NCBI RefSeq assembly: GCF_009914755.1
Contig: NC_060941.1
Source: the human T2T-CHM13v2.0 reference genome, Homo sapiens
DNA: 64,000 nucleotides
Strand: one strand, 5' to 3'
Below are positions 30,227-54,068 of this stretch, piece by piece (the stretch's first letter is position 1; each line of letters opens with the position of its first letter). A program made the translations under genes and the position numbers. The notes beneath the pieces are model-generated. The model was not told where the DNA came from. It ran no database searches and saw nothing but the letters and a program-made list of their open reading frames with translations.

Positions 30227-30798
30227 TCAATTACAGTTAATTAAATTATTATTATATGGGCTGGGCGTGGTGGTTCATGCCTGTAATCCCAGCCCTTAGG
30301 GAGGCCTAGGCAGGTGGATCACCTGAGGTCAGGAGTTTGAGACCAGCCTGGCCAACATGGTGAAACCCAGTCTCTACTAAAAATACAAAAATTAAAAAAA
30401 GAAAAAGAAATAAAAAGAAAAAAAAGAAAAAATAAACAAGAAAAACAAAACAAACAAACAAATAAAACTAAAAATACAAAAATTAGCCGGGCATGGTGGC
30501 GGGCACCTATAATCCCAGCTACTTAGGAGGCTGGGGCAGGAGAGTCGCTTGAACCCGGGGGGCAGAGGTTGCAGGAGCCAATATCATGCCATTGCAATCC
30601 AGCCTGGGCAACAAGATCGAAACTCCATCTCAAAAAAAAAAAAAGTGTTTAGTAAGCACTCGAAAAACATTCAATTACAGTTAATTAAATTATTATTATA
30701 TGGGCTGGGCACAGTGGTTCATGTCTGTAATCTCAGCCCTTTGGGAGGCCTAGGTGGGCAGATCACCTGAGGTAAGGAGTTTGAGACCAGCCTGGCTA

Positions 30799-30981
<183 letters not shown>

Positions 30982-31170
30982 TCAAAAAAAAAATTATTAT
31001 ATGTTATTTAAATTATTATTTCTCTGACCAGTAAGTGGTCATAGAACTACATATATATAAGAAAAGGCCCCATCTCACACCTTAGTTTGAAAGGATTGCA
31101 GCTTTTCAATCTGCCTTTCTGAAAAGTATGTAGGATTCAGAGGCTAAGAGGCCAGGCCCAGAGTCCAAAA

Positions 31171-31787
<617 letters not shown>

Positions 31788-32109
31788 GTCCATTACAACA
31801 TACTACATTCAGTTTTGGAAATTACTGGGTTCTATCTGAGAAATTTCTATAAAGAAATATGAAGATTATGGATAAATCTCCTTGCCTTTGACACTTTAAA
31901 GAACATTTTTAAAATTGTTATTTCATTTTTATTTTTTTAGAGACAGGGCCTCACTCTGTCATCTGGAGTGCAGTGGCACCATTACAGCTCACTGCAGCCT
32001 CCATCCACCTCCTGGGCTCAAGTGATCCTCCCGTCTCAGCCTCCCGAGTAGCTGGGATCATAGGCACACGTCACCACACCTGGGCCCACTTTTTTTTTTT
32101 TTTTTTTGA

Positions 32110-32235
<126 letters not shown>

Positions 32236-33029
32236 TGACACTATGCCAGGCTAATTTTTGTATTTTTAGTAGAGATAGGGTTTCACCATATTGGCCAGGC
32301 TGGTCTCGAACTCCTGACCTCGTGATCCACCTGCCTCAGCCTCCCAAAGTGCTGGGATTACAGGCGTGAGACACTGCGCCCGGCTATTAAAGGTTTTATA
32401 ACAAAACTTTCAAATCATCCTTTGAATTTGCTACTTAACAGGAACTAAGGCCAGAGAGCCTCAAGTCAGGGCTTTTCGCTGACCTGGAGGCAGAATCCAG
32501 TTTGGGGTTTTGCTTGTAACTGGTATTTTATGCATGCGACCCTGGCTGAACTGACCAACTGCGTAGGCTTCAATTTCCCGAGGGCCCCTTATGCCTTTCC
32601 TTCCTCTGATCAAGCCCTTCCCGGCTCCTTCCAGTTGGAAGGCCGCCCCCAGTCCTGAGCGGCGCCGACAGGTGCAGCGCCCGCCTCCAGCCCTGCGCTC
32701 GCGCGAGCAACCCGACGCCCTCCCGCCCCGCCGGCCGCGCCCTCGTCCTCGCCGCTCCGCCCTCTGCCCAGGCGTGCGCGCGCACTCCACGGGGGCGCGC
32801 CCGGCCGGCGGGGCCGCGCACGCAGCCGCCGCCACCACTTCCCCCTCTCCCTCCCTCCTTGCGGGCCCTCCTCCCCTTCCCTCCCCTCCGCCCCCTTCCC
32901 CGTAGGCAGCCCGCCCGCCAGTCCGCCCGCACCGCCTCCTTCCCAGCCCCTAGCGCTCCGGCTGGGTCTCTCCCCCGCCCCCCAGGCTCCCCCGGTCGCT
33001 CTCCTCCGGCGGTCGCCCGCGCTCGGTGG

Positions 33030-33284
33030 ATGTGGCTGGCAGCTGCCGCCCCCTCCCTCGCTCGCCGCCTGCTCTTCCTCGGCCCTCCGCCTCCTCCCCT
33101 CCTCCTTCTCGTCTTCAGCCGCTCCTCTCGCCGCCGCCTCCACAGCCTGGGCCTCGCCGCGATGCCGGAGAAGAGGCCCTTCGAGCGGCTGCCTGCCGAT
33201 GTCTCCCCCATCAACTACAGCCTTTGCCTCAAGCCCGACTTGCTGGACTTCACCTTCGAGGGCAAGCTGGAGGCCGCCGCCCAG
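33030..33284 (+). CDS. NPEPPS: NPEPPS coding exon 1 (codons 1-85), puromycin-sensitive aminopeptidase
   Basis: Translates MWLAAAAPSLARRLLFLGPPPPPLLLLVFSRSSRRRLHSLGLAAMPEKRPFERLPADVSPINYSLCLKPDLLDFTFEGKLEAAAQ, matching the recalled human PSA N-terminus (RLP..V.P..Y.L M1 motif). 255 nt, ends at donor CAG|GTACAG (GT 33285). Second in-frame ATG at 33162. Confidence 0.96.
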
Positions 33285-33442
33285 GTACAGCGACCCTCGG
33301 GCCCCGGGGCAAGCTGCGGGGCGAGCAGTTAGGCCGCGCCCGCGGGCTGGACTCAGGGCCCGGCCGGGAGGGCGGGCGGGCCTCGGGTCGGGGCTGGGCG
33401 GCCGCAGGGCGCCGGGTTCGGCGTGCTCTGCCTTGCTCTGTT

Positions 33443-33520
33443 GGGGCTGGGGCTGGGGCTGGGGCTGGGGCCGGGGCAGGGACCGTGGCCGGAGCTGAGG
33501 CTGGGGCTCGGGCTGGGGCC
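33443..33520 (+). repeat. Degenerate (GGGGCT/GGGGCC)n hexamer array, 13 units; G-quadruplex-capable
   Basis: GGGGCT x4, GGGGCC, GGGGCA, GGGACC, GTGGCC, GGAGCT, GAGGCT, GGGGCT, CGGGCT, GGGGCC, all in 6-nt register. Confidence 0.9.
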
Positions 33521-34102
33521 GCGCTGCGGGAGCTCTGGGGAGCCGGCGGCCCGGCCATTGCGCCCCTCCCCGGCGAGCACACCTGTGTGGGGCTTTCCCC
33601 CCCGCCCCGGACCCTTCTGGGCTTGATAGTGTGCCGGGGGAGGCTGGAGGGTGTTGGGGGAGGACGGAGAGGTCATGGGAGTCCCCGCTCTGCCTCAACC
33701 ACCTGACTCAGTTCTTTCTTTGGTTTCTCTCTACACCTCTCGGGTGATAGATTGGAGGGGGTGGTCATTTGGGACTCTGGCCGCCGCGTTGGAGCGACGA
33801 GGGGAGCTTCTAGAAGGGGGGGGAGAGGGTGAGAACGAGAATGTTAATCCCAGGCAGCCTCGCTGACTTCTCCCCGCCTGCTCCAGCCCAGGGGCTGGGT
33901 TTCCAAGATGATCCGCCCCCTCCCCCTTTCCCTCAAGTGACAGTGCAGCAGTGACTTTGTTCTCTCTTAACCTCCAGAGAAGCTGCGGGAGGACCCCATC
34001 TCCGCTTTTCCACCTATCTTCCTAGCTTTGCGGCCTTCGAAGCTGGTGGATTTATTGCTACCGTGATGGTTGCTTAGCAGTACCTTCCTCTCCCAAGAAG
34101 CT

Positions 34103-40557
<6,455 letters not shown>

Positions 40558-42984
40558 CAGCCTGTATCTGTTCTTTAAAGTTGTTTTGTTTTCCTTACTC
40601 TCATGTTCTTCTTGCTGCTTATTGTGCCTTGTTGCTGCCTGTTGTGCAATTTCTTCCCTCTTGTATTTTACTGAACTTCATCTGAAGAAGCCTTAGTAGC
40701 CAGATAAACAAGCTTGTTTGGGCTAAAAAATCAATTGCTGTGTGAGAGTTTGTTGGATTCTCTTCTGAGTAAAGGGTATGCGTTTTATTGTACGGACTTT
40801 GTATCACCTATTTTGGCTTTTCATCTAGGCCTTTTTTTTTTTTTTTTCTTTTTTCTTTTTAGCCTCCTGGTTCTAGATACAACTGATACTCTGATACAAC
40901 CTGGGTAAATGTGGTCTTGAGTAGTAAATTATCTGTGAAGCTTCTCCGAACTTTGCCACATAAATGAGCCTGCTCTTATTGTGAAGTAAATCTTACTCTA
41001 ATCTGTATGTGAGTCAGTGGGAAATATCTGAGCCTTCGGATGGCTTTTGTTAACTGAGATTAGTTCTCTAGATTTTAGTGATTTCGTTTTGAACACCATA
41101 CAAGTATGTGGTCCTTGGTTTATTTGGTCACTTGTAATCTCTTTAAAATTTTATTTTAAATTAGGAAATATTTTAGAAATACAAGAAAGTCACACACTAT
41201 GAGATTAAACAGATGTTAACGTTTTGCCCCATTTTCATCAGACTGTGCATGCTTTTTTTGGGGGGGGAATAAAATGTCACAGATATCACTAAAGCCCATT
41301 TCCATCTCGTCCCACCCTGCCTCTAGAAGTAACTTCTTTCTTCAGGTAGGTGCGTATTATTCCTTTTTATTCCTATGTATAGTTTAAAACTTTAATTGCA
41401 TATTAGTAGCCACAAACATCACATACCAATATTCTGTGCCTTTTGCATTTTTACATTAATGGTAATTATTTTTGACCTTCTGCAAGTGGCTCTTTTCAAT
41501 GTTTCTTGTTAGAAAACTTGGCTCAACTTGAGTTTACTAATTATCTGCTTCTTCTTGTCTTTAGCTATTATAGAACTGTTCCACCAAGGCAACAATTATT
41601 GCTATTTTAATGGTGAAATCAGTTTTATTAGGCAAATTGACTCAGGCTTCAGACTGGCATTTGGAATTGTCACACTGGAGATTTTCTTTTACTGAAATCT
41701 CAGGACATTGACAATCAGAAAAAAACCCTCTTGAGTCTTACTATCTTACATGTAAGATATGTTCCTGAGTGACTGTAGTAAAGACTCATTCAGGAAAATG
41801 TTATCTCCGATTTCTGCCTCCCTATCTCATAGGAAACTTCCATTGTAAAGTTGTTACCAGGCGTCAAGCTGCCTCTTTGGTACAGCCCTTACTTAGTATT
41901 TGGCTCAGTTGAAGTGCAGTCTATATAGGAGGCCAAGAAGACTTAATCCTGGGTTTGAAACAAAGCAAGGATACACTAACATTCTATCCTTTAATAACAT
42001 CAAGTAGAAAAATTGAAAATGAGCTTGTTATCAGTGCACTTTTATATGCCAACCTTGTTTCACTTGTGTTTTAAACTGGGAAACTGAAGATTTTAATGCT
42101 GAAATTTCTTTGAATTATTACCTGTTTTTTTGATAGTGGAACACACAGCTAATATTTACTAACATGAAGGTGTCAAAGGTGGGAAATCATGTACTACACC
42201 ATCAGGTCAGCACTACTGTTTGGAAGAGCAGCATCACAATGAGCAGTGTTATACTGCGTTGTAGTCAGCACATACACTTATGTCCAAACAGATATTTTAA
42301 ATTACCTTCTTGGGGTAGTACACATGTGCTGATATCCAAAGTGCCATATAATACAATACATAGTTTTTAAACTTCATATCATTCTGATCAGAAGCTTTAT
42401 AAACTGTTAGGTGAATGCTGTTAGATGATATGAGAGCACAATTTAACCTGTGTGTGTGTATGTGTATGTCTTAACATCTATTAAGTGATGACTACATATG
42501 AAGCACTAAGTGCTAAAACAGAGACTTTACATAGATTATCCCATTATTGGTCAACTTTTTAAATAAGTGCATCTCTAATATAAGACAAGATGCTGACCAA
42601 TTTTTAAAATGTGAATGGATTTCTATTTTTAAGATAAGTACCTTTGTTCCTTTGGTTCCTCCCTCCCACCCTTCCAGAAATGGTAGTATCCTGGAAAAAA
42701 AAAATTAGTAACAATTCAAGAAACAGCTTAATTCATTAGTATAAATAGATGAGTTTCCCTTAAACACAGGAGGAGTTGGAAGGTACTTGTAATTGGATGT
42801 TGTGCATGGTGCCTTTCCAAAATGCACAAATACTTTCTCTCGAATGGTTGCAGTAGTAATGTGCTGTGTGATTTGGCATGTATAGTGTTGTACAGGTATC
42901 TTGACATTGGTGGATTAACTGCTTGGCTACTGTGAAATTCACTGTAGATGTTGATGGATGAAAGTGTGGTTGCCTAGATAATGA

Positions 42985-43342
<358 letters not shown>

Positions 43343-43919
43343 TGATCCACCCACCTTGGCCTCCCAAAGTGCTGGGATTACAGGCATGAGCCGTCGTGCC
43401 CAGCCATGTTTCTGAATTTTTAAGTCAACTTCTGAATAGGCAAAGAATTCTTTTTGTTTTTTTGTTCAACTTTAGTGCTATAAATCGCCAGTTGGACACA
43501 AAGGTTTTAGTGCTATTTAGGTATGTTTTGGTGAAATAGTGTGAAGGAATATTGCTGCTTAAAAGATAAGCCATTCATTAAATGACATCTTTGTTTTGAA
43601 ACATGAAGATTTATGAGAAGCATTTTTTTTGTGAGCCAAAGTAGTTTCACTTTATGTGTTAGAGATTTTGAATAGCTCATTATAGACTTTGTAATTTACT
43701 GTCTCTCATTTAGGCAGGTAATTTTAGTTGCCAGCTAATCATGTTTAAATATGTATTGGTTATTAATAAATGATTACCCATATACAGGTCTTTCATGCAG
43801 ATATCGTACTACTCTGATGTTCTTACCTAGTTTTGTGGTATGTTCAGTTGTCTAAGAGCATTGTTGATCTGCACACAGATTTTGTTTGGTCTATACAGTG
43901 TTTCTGAAAACTTGAATTA

Positions 43920-44348
<429 letters not shown>

Positions 44349-44894
44349 TCATTGGCTCCAAGAAATGGCTACCATCTCCTCCTTTTAAGGGGTTGTGCAC
44401 AGCTTCCACATGGCTTGCTATACTTACCTGCCTCAGGAAGCATTTCTTTGTGATTTAGGGCATCTGTGTTTTTGTTATTTTAGATTTAGAACATTCAAAT
44501 GTCTGGAAATGAATTTGAAGTTTTGTTTAAAACAACAAAATAAATGCATATAAGCAAGGTTATGACTAAATTGAAAAATGCACAAGAGGCCAGGCGTGGT
44601 GGCTCACGTCTGTAATCTCAGCACTTTGGGAGGCTGAGACGGGCGAATCACGAGGTCAGGAGTTTGAGACCAGCCTGACCAACAAGGTGAAACCCCATCT
44701 CTACTAAAAATACAAAAATTAGATGGGTGTGGTGGTGCACACCTGTAATCCCAGCTACTCAAGAGGCTGAGGCAGGAGAATCGCTTGAACCTAGGAGATG
44801 GAGGTTGCAGTGAGCCAAGATCGCAAGATCGCATCATTGGCACTCCATCCTGGGCGAGAGAGCGAGACTCCATCTCAAAAAAAAAAAAAAAAAA

Positions 44895-45830
<936 letters not shown>

Positions 45831-46233
45831 TAGCCAGGATGGTCTCGATCTCCTGACCTCATGATCCGCCTGCCTCGGCCTCCCAAAGTGCTGGGATTAC
45901 AGGCGTGAGCCACCGTGCCCGGCCTTAATTTTTGTATTTTTAGTGGAGATGGGGTCTCTCTACTCTCTATGTCAGCCAGGCTGGTCTTGAATTCCTGGCC
46001 TCAAGTGATCTGCCTGCCTGACCCTCCAGAAGTGCTAGGATTACAGGTGTGAGCCACCACACTCGGCGGTAAGAGTTATTGTATAAAGTTTTGACATAAT
46101 TTATAGTGTCAGCCTTCTTCCTCTATCCTCACAGAAGGCCTCATGGTGAGTTCGATGTGCAGGTTAAAATATATAATTATTGCAATATGTTGTAAGAAAT
46201 GTTTCCTAATTAAGATTTTTATGAAATTAAACG

Positions 46234-46236
46234 TAT

Positions 46237-46279
<43 letters not shown>

Positions 46280-46281
46280 TT
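46234..46281. repeat. (TTTA)n microsatellite (Alu tail-derived)
   Basis: About 11-12 tetramer units. Confidence 0.92.
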
Positions 46282-46610
46282 TTGAGATAGAGTTTCACTC
46301 TGTTACCAGGCTGGAGTGTAGTGGCAGGATTTCAGCCCACTGCAATCTCTGCCTCCCGGGTTTAAGCAATTGTCGTGCCTCAGCCCCCTGAGTAGCTGGA
46401 ATTATGGGCCTATGCCACCTTGCCTGGCTGATTTTTGTATTCTTTTTTTTTTTTTTTTTTTTGAGACGTAGGCTCACTCTGTCGCCCAGGCTGCAGTGCA
46501 ATGGTGCGATCTCGGCCCATTGCAAGCTCACCTCCTGGGTTCAAGTGATTCTCCTGCCCCTGCATCGTGAGTAGCTGGGATTACAGGTGTGTGCCACCAG
46601 ACCTGGCTAA

Positions 46611-46748
<138 letters not shown>

Positions 46749-47258
46749 TGAGACAGAGTCTCACTCTGTTGTTCAGGCCGGAGGTCAGTGATGTAATCAT
46801 AGCTCACTGCAGCCTTGCTTGACCTCCTGGGCTTAAGGGATCCTCCTCCCTCAGCCTCTCCAGTAGTTAGGACTGTAGGTGGATACCATCACACCCACCT
46901 AATTAAAAAAATTTTTTTTGTCTCACTGTGTTGCCCAAGCTGGTCTTGAATTTTTGACCTCAAGTAATCCTCCTGCCTCAGCCTCCCAAAGTGTTGGGAT
47001 TACAGGCATGAGCCACTGTGCCCAGCCCTTTAATAGTTTAAAGTCAAAGTTTAAGTAGAAAACATTATTTTATTTGGCTCATTGGTTAGATGTAAGTGAT
47101 GTGAAATACTTAAACATCCATTATTGTTTTTAATATAATTTGGAAAATATGAGTTGCTTTGGATTATTAAAACTTCATTTATTTGTACCATTGATGCATA
47201 AATTCTCAGTCTAGGTTTTAGCGAAGTCTGGATTTTAAAAAATTGACTGTGATATTAG

Positions 47259-47609
<351 letters not shown>

Positions 47610-47639
47610 TGACACTGTTGATTTTCCTTTTCCCCTTAG

Positions 47640-47724
47640 GTGAGGCAGGCGACTAATCAGATTGTGATGAATTGTGCTGATATTGATATTATTACAGCTT
47701 CATATGCACCAGAAGGAGATGAAG
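47640..47724 (+). CDS. NPEPPS: NPEPPS coding exon 2 (85 nt; VRQATNQIVMNCADIDIITASYAPEGDE + 1 nt)
   Basis: Acceptor ttttccttttccccttAG (AG 47638-47639) and donor GAAG|GTAAGA (GT 47725). Continues exon 1 in phase 0 with the known PSA sequence and exits in phase 1. Confidence 0.96.
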
Positions 47725-47772
47725 GTAAGAGCTGTTTTCCATTTTAATTTGCTGTCTGCATGTGCATATGTG

Positions 47773-47775
<3 letters not shown>

Positions 47776-47828
<53 letters not shown>
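47776..47828. repeat. Compound (TG)17(GA)10 microsatellite
   Basis: Direct read; starts about 51 nt after the exon 2 donor. Confidence 0.96.
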
Positions 47829-47836
47829 CATTTTCA

Positions 47837-48216
<380 letters not shown>

Positions 48217-48437
48217 CTAACAGTATTGTGAAATAAAGTAAATGTCACAATTTATTTTATTTTTAAATTTATTTTTATTTTTATTTTTTTTGAGACAGAG
48301 TCTTGCTCTGACACCCAGGCTGGAGTGCAGTGGCGTGATCTCAGCTCACTGCTATCTCTGCCTCGTGGGTTCAAGCAGTTCTCCCTGCCTCAGCCTCCTG
48401 AGTGGCTGAGATTACAGGTGTCCACCACCATACCTAG

Positions 48438-48581
<144 letters not shown>

Positions 48582-49573
48582 TAAATTCTACTTCCAAGAT
48601 TAACTTATTTTGTGATACTAGGGAAATCACATTTTCATAAGTATAAAATGAATATAATATGCATAATAAAGCTGATGAGTTATTTGAAAAATTAAGTACT
48701 TTGAACATGAAAGGCTCCTCAAAGAGGCTTCGTTTTTATGTTTTTCTTAAAGTTTTTTTTTCTTTTTGTACTGTAGTTTAAAATTGAGATAAGTCATACT
48801 CCTAATTCGGAGAAAAACATTTGCTTTATGAGACAATATGAAGATTAGAAGCTAAATAATGGAGTTAGTTACAGGGGAAGAACATGCTAAAAAGAAACAT
48901 GGTATAGAATGTGGAACTCCATTAGTGTCTATAAAATGAGAACTGTTTTAGACCTTATAATTTTAGTATGAAAGTAGTCCATTTTGACTGGAAATCTTAT
49001 TCCCGTATGAGCTGCTTTTTAAATAGACACCAAGTTTGGCATAAACTCTTACAAGTACATCAGTATTGGAGCTGGATTGCTTTTTACTTTTTTTTTTTTT
49101 TGAGAGAGTCTCGCTCTGTCACCCAGGCTGGGGGGCAGTGGCATGATCTCAACTACCACAACCTCTGTCTCCTGGTCTCAAGCCATCCTCCCACCTCACC
49201 CTCCCAAGTAGCTGATATTACAGGTGTGTACCACCATGCCTGGCTAATATTCGTATTTGTATTTTTTTATAGATATGGGGGGGTGGTCTTCCTATATTGC
49301 CCAGGCTGGTCTTGAACTCCTGGGCTCAAGGGATCTGACCTCTTCGGCCTTGCAGGTTGCTGGGATTACAGCAAGAGCCACCACACCTGGTTGCCTTTTT
49401 ACTTTTGATTTCACCTAGACATTCCTTGTCAAAATGGTTATTGGTTACTCTGAGACTTCTTTAATATAAAATAATTTACGGCCGGGCGCGGTGGCTCACG
49501 CCTGTAATTCCAGCACTTTGGGAGGCCGAGGCGGGTGGATCACAAGGTCAGGAGATCGAGACCATCCTGGCTA

Positions 49574-49873
<300 letters not shown>

Positions 49874-50318
49874 TTAAGGCCTCATAACATTTATGATTTT
49901 TTCTTAAACTATTTTGTCTATAGAAAGTCAAAGTAGTAGCAGTTGAACATACTATTCCCAAGAAGTACTTAAGTTCAATTGATTGTAAATTAGATCAAAC
50001 TGCTGGAAGAACAGATTCTTCAAATGGACTTGAGTGAGTGCCAGCTTTTAAAAAATTGTCTGGTAAATGAAAGAGTGATTATTTAATTTCTTTAACTGTG
50101 GAGAAAAATAGAAGTACTTTAGCCAGGTATATCAAAGCAACAAGGCTTTCTTTGTTGCAGGTAGAGAATGTTTAAATTCGATGTGTGGTTTTAAAGTGGT
50201 ATGTAGATAGGTAGATCTAGTAATATAAATGTGTACCTTCCAGCTGGCATGGTTTCAGCTCAAGTTTGTTTTTTATCTTCCTGTACTAAAAATGTCAGGA
50301 TAGAATTCAGGTGACTGA

Positions 50319-50531
<213 letters not shown>

Positions 50532-51604
50532 TGAACTCCTGGCCTTGTGATCCACCCGCCTCAGCCTCCCAAAGTGTTGGGATTACAGGCGTGAGCCACT
50601 GCGCCCGACCTGACTGAAAAGTTTTGAATATGCGTAACCGAATGTTGCTAAGCTCATAATGATCTGTATCTCACGGAAGCCCAGTTAGTGTTCTTACTAA
50701 GAGAGTCAGGAGAGAAATGAAAACTTAATGGAAAAGGAGATTTGAAGAGAGATTCTGATAAAACGTTAAATTATTTTAGATACATAATATATATTCAATG
50801 CTGGGTGCAGTGGCTCATGCCTGTAATCCCAGCACTTTGGGAGGCTGTGGCGGGTGGATCATGACGTCAGAAGTTCAAGACCAGCCTAGCGAAGATGGTG
50901 AAACCCCATCTCTACTAAAAATAAAAAAATTAGCTGGGTGTGGTGGCGGGTGCCTGTAATCCCAGCTACTCGGGAGGCTGAGGCAGAGAATTGCTTGAAC
51001 CCGGGAGGCAGAGGTTGCAGTGAGCCAGGATCGTGCCACTGCACGCCAGCCTGGGTGACAGAGACTCTGTCTCAAAAAAAAAATATTTTCCTTCAGAACT
51101 AGCTAAGGTACATTTCTCAACACTTTTCTACCACAGCAACGGGAAAAAACCTGAAGTCATGTGTAAGCCCACGTAATTTTAGAGTTTAAGAGAATGGGAA
51201 GTTGTATGAGTTGTTAAAGTTTGAACTGGGGGCAGCCAGGTGTGGTGGCTCACACCTGTAATCCCAGCATTTTGGGAGGGCTAGGTGGGCGGATCACCTG
51301 TGGTCAGGAGTTTGAGAACAGCCTGGCCAACATGGTGAAACACCATCTCTACTAAAAACACAAAAATTAGCTGGGCGTGGTGGCAGGCACCTGTAATTCC
51401 AGCTACTTGGGAGGCTGAAGGCAGGAGAATCGCCTGAACCCGGGAGGCGGAAGTTGCAGTGAGTGGAGATTGTGCCACTGCACTCCAGCCTGGGCGACAG
51501 AGCAAGACTCTGTCTCAAAAAAAAAAAAAAAAAAAAAAGTTTGGATTGGGAACAGGGATAGATTTGGCCTTCCACATGTATGTGTATATATATATATAAT
51601 TTAA

Positions 51605-51905
<301 letters not shown>

Positions 51906-52384
51906 TGATCTGCCCGCCTTGGCCTCCCGAAGTGCTGGGATTAAAGGTGTGAGCCACCGTGCCTAGCCAATTGTTACTTCTTTGTGTAAGTTTTTATTTG
52001 AAGAAAAAGGCCATTTTTTTGTGATATGTGCAGTCATCCTTAAAAGACCTATGGGCATGTGTGTGTTTTTTTTTTTTTTTTGAGATGGAGTCTTGCTGTA
52101 TCGCCCAGGCTGGAGTACAGTGGCGCAATGTCGGCTCACTGCAACTAGTAGAACTTACTTTTTTTTTTTTTGTTTTAAAGAACTTGTTTTAAAATAATCC
52201 TTAATAGGCTTTTATTAACGCTGTTTGGATATTAGTTATGTACCCTTTTCTCTTTGCAATAATGAAAGATCATTTCAAGTAGAAATTAAAGGTTTGTTTC
52301 TCATCCCTTTCTTTAGATATAGTAACAGTTATACCAGATATATATATATGTATATATATATATATAATTTTTTTTTTTTTTTGA

Positions 52385-52678
<294 letters not shown>

Positions 52679-53230
52679 TAAGCAAATTTGCTAGTAGTTT
52701 AGATTTCTGGAATTGTGCCAACTACACATCAAGAGACTATTTAGCTTTGTTACAGAAGTCAGTATCAGTTTCTTGTTATAAGACAAGACCTGGTTTTACA
52801 GACTTTTCTATTTCTCAATGGAACTTTACTCTGAAGATATACTCTTCCATTTAAATACTAGTTCCAAAACCTACATTATATGGTGGCTGCTTAATAAACA
52901 TTTAACATTTTGGTGAATTTAAATCTTGTTGATGTGTATACATGAATAACTGGGCTAAAAGCAGATACCTTTGATTATTGTGAAACTTCAAGTAAATATT
53001 GTGTGAAAAGGACCCCTTCTGTCTCACAAATTCTGGCCCCTCAGCTCATTGTCTGAACAGTGATTCCCTTGCATATAATAAATTCTCTTGGCTTATATAT
53101 AATAATAAATGAAGTTTATTATTTATTTGAACTTTTTACCCCTGTAAATACCAAGGTTCTTTTTGCCTAAGTGGTAATTTGTGTCATTCAAAGAGTTTTT
53201 ATTAAATATTATTATTATTATTTGAGATAG

Positions 53231-53377
<147 letters not shown>

Positions 53378-53729
53378 TAAATTTTTGTAGAGATGGGGTT
53401 TCCCCATTTTGGCCAGGCTGCTCTCAAACTGTTGACACCCACCTTGGCCTCCCAAAGTGCTGGGATTACAGGTGTGAACCACTGCACCAGACCTTAAATA
53501 CTCTGTTTAAGTGATAGTTTGATAAGTGTGAACGCAAGTCTGAAATAGGTTTCTTTGCTTGTGAGAAAGTATAACGAATTGCCAAGACAATAGTGACAAA
53601 CAGAGGGCATATTTTTCAAAGAGGAAGAGTTTATATAGTGTTAACATTAAGACAAAAGTCTTAAGTTTCTAATTTCTGATCTTGTTTGTTGGGATTTCTT
53701 TCTTTTTTTTTTTTTTCTTTTTTTTTTGA

Positions 53730-54068
<339 letters not shown>

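Larger units (their letters stand above)
32630..33620. promoter_or_regulatory. CpG island / TATA-less NPEPPS promoter with GC boxes
   Basis: Abrupt rise in GC and CpG content. Multiple CCGCCC (Sp/KLF) boxes, palindromes GCTCGCGCGAGC (32697-32708) and GTGCGCGCGCAC (32774-32785, NRF1-like), and a C-rich tract at 32838-32901. Spans exon 1. Confidence 0.92.

Noticed and set aside
32859-33029. In-frame 57-codon extension upstream of Met1
   Set aside because: Starts at a TTG in poor context near the probable TSS, and an open frame is expected by chance in GC-rich 5' UTR.
32461-33706. Long overlapping ORFs across the CpG island (362 aa and 214 aa on -, 226 aa on +)
   Set aside because: Stop-poor GC-rich low-complexity frames, mostly with non-ATG starts and no recognisable domain. 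Only the frame containing NPEPPS exon 1 is supported.
42216-42291. 9-bp inverted repeat ctgtttgga…tccaaacag as a possible miRNA or MITE
   Set aside because: The stem is too short, the interior does not pair, and such a match is expected by chance in 64 kb.
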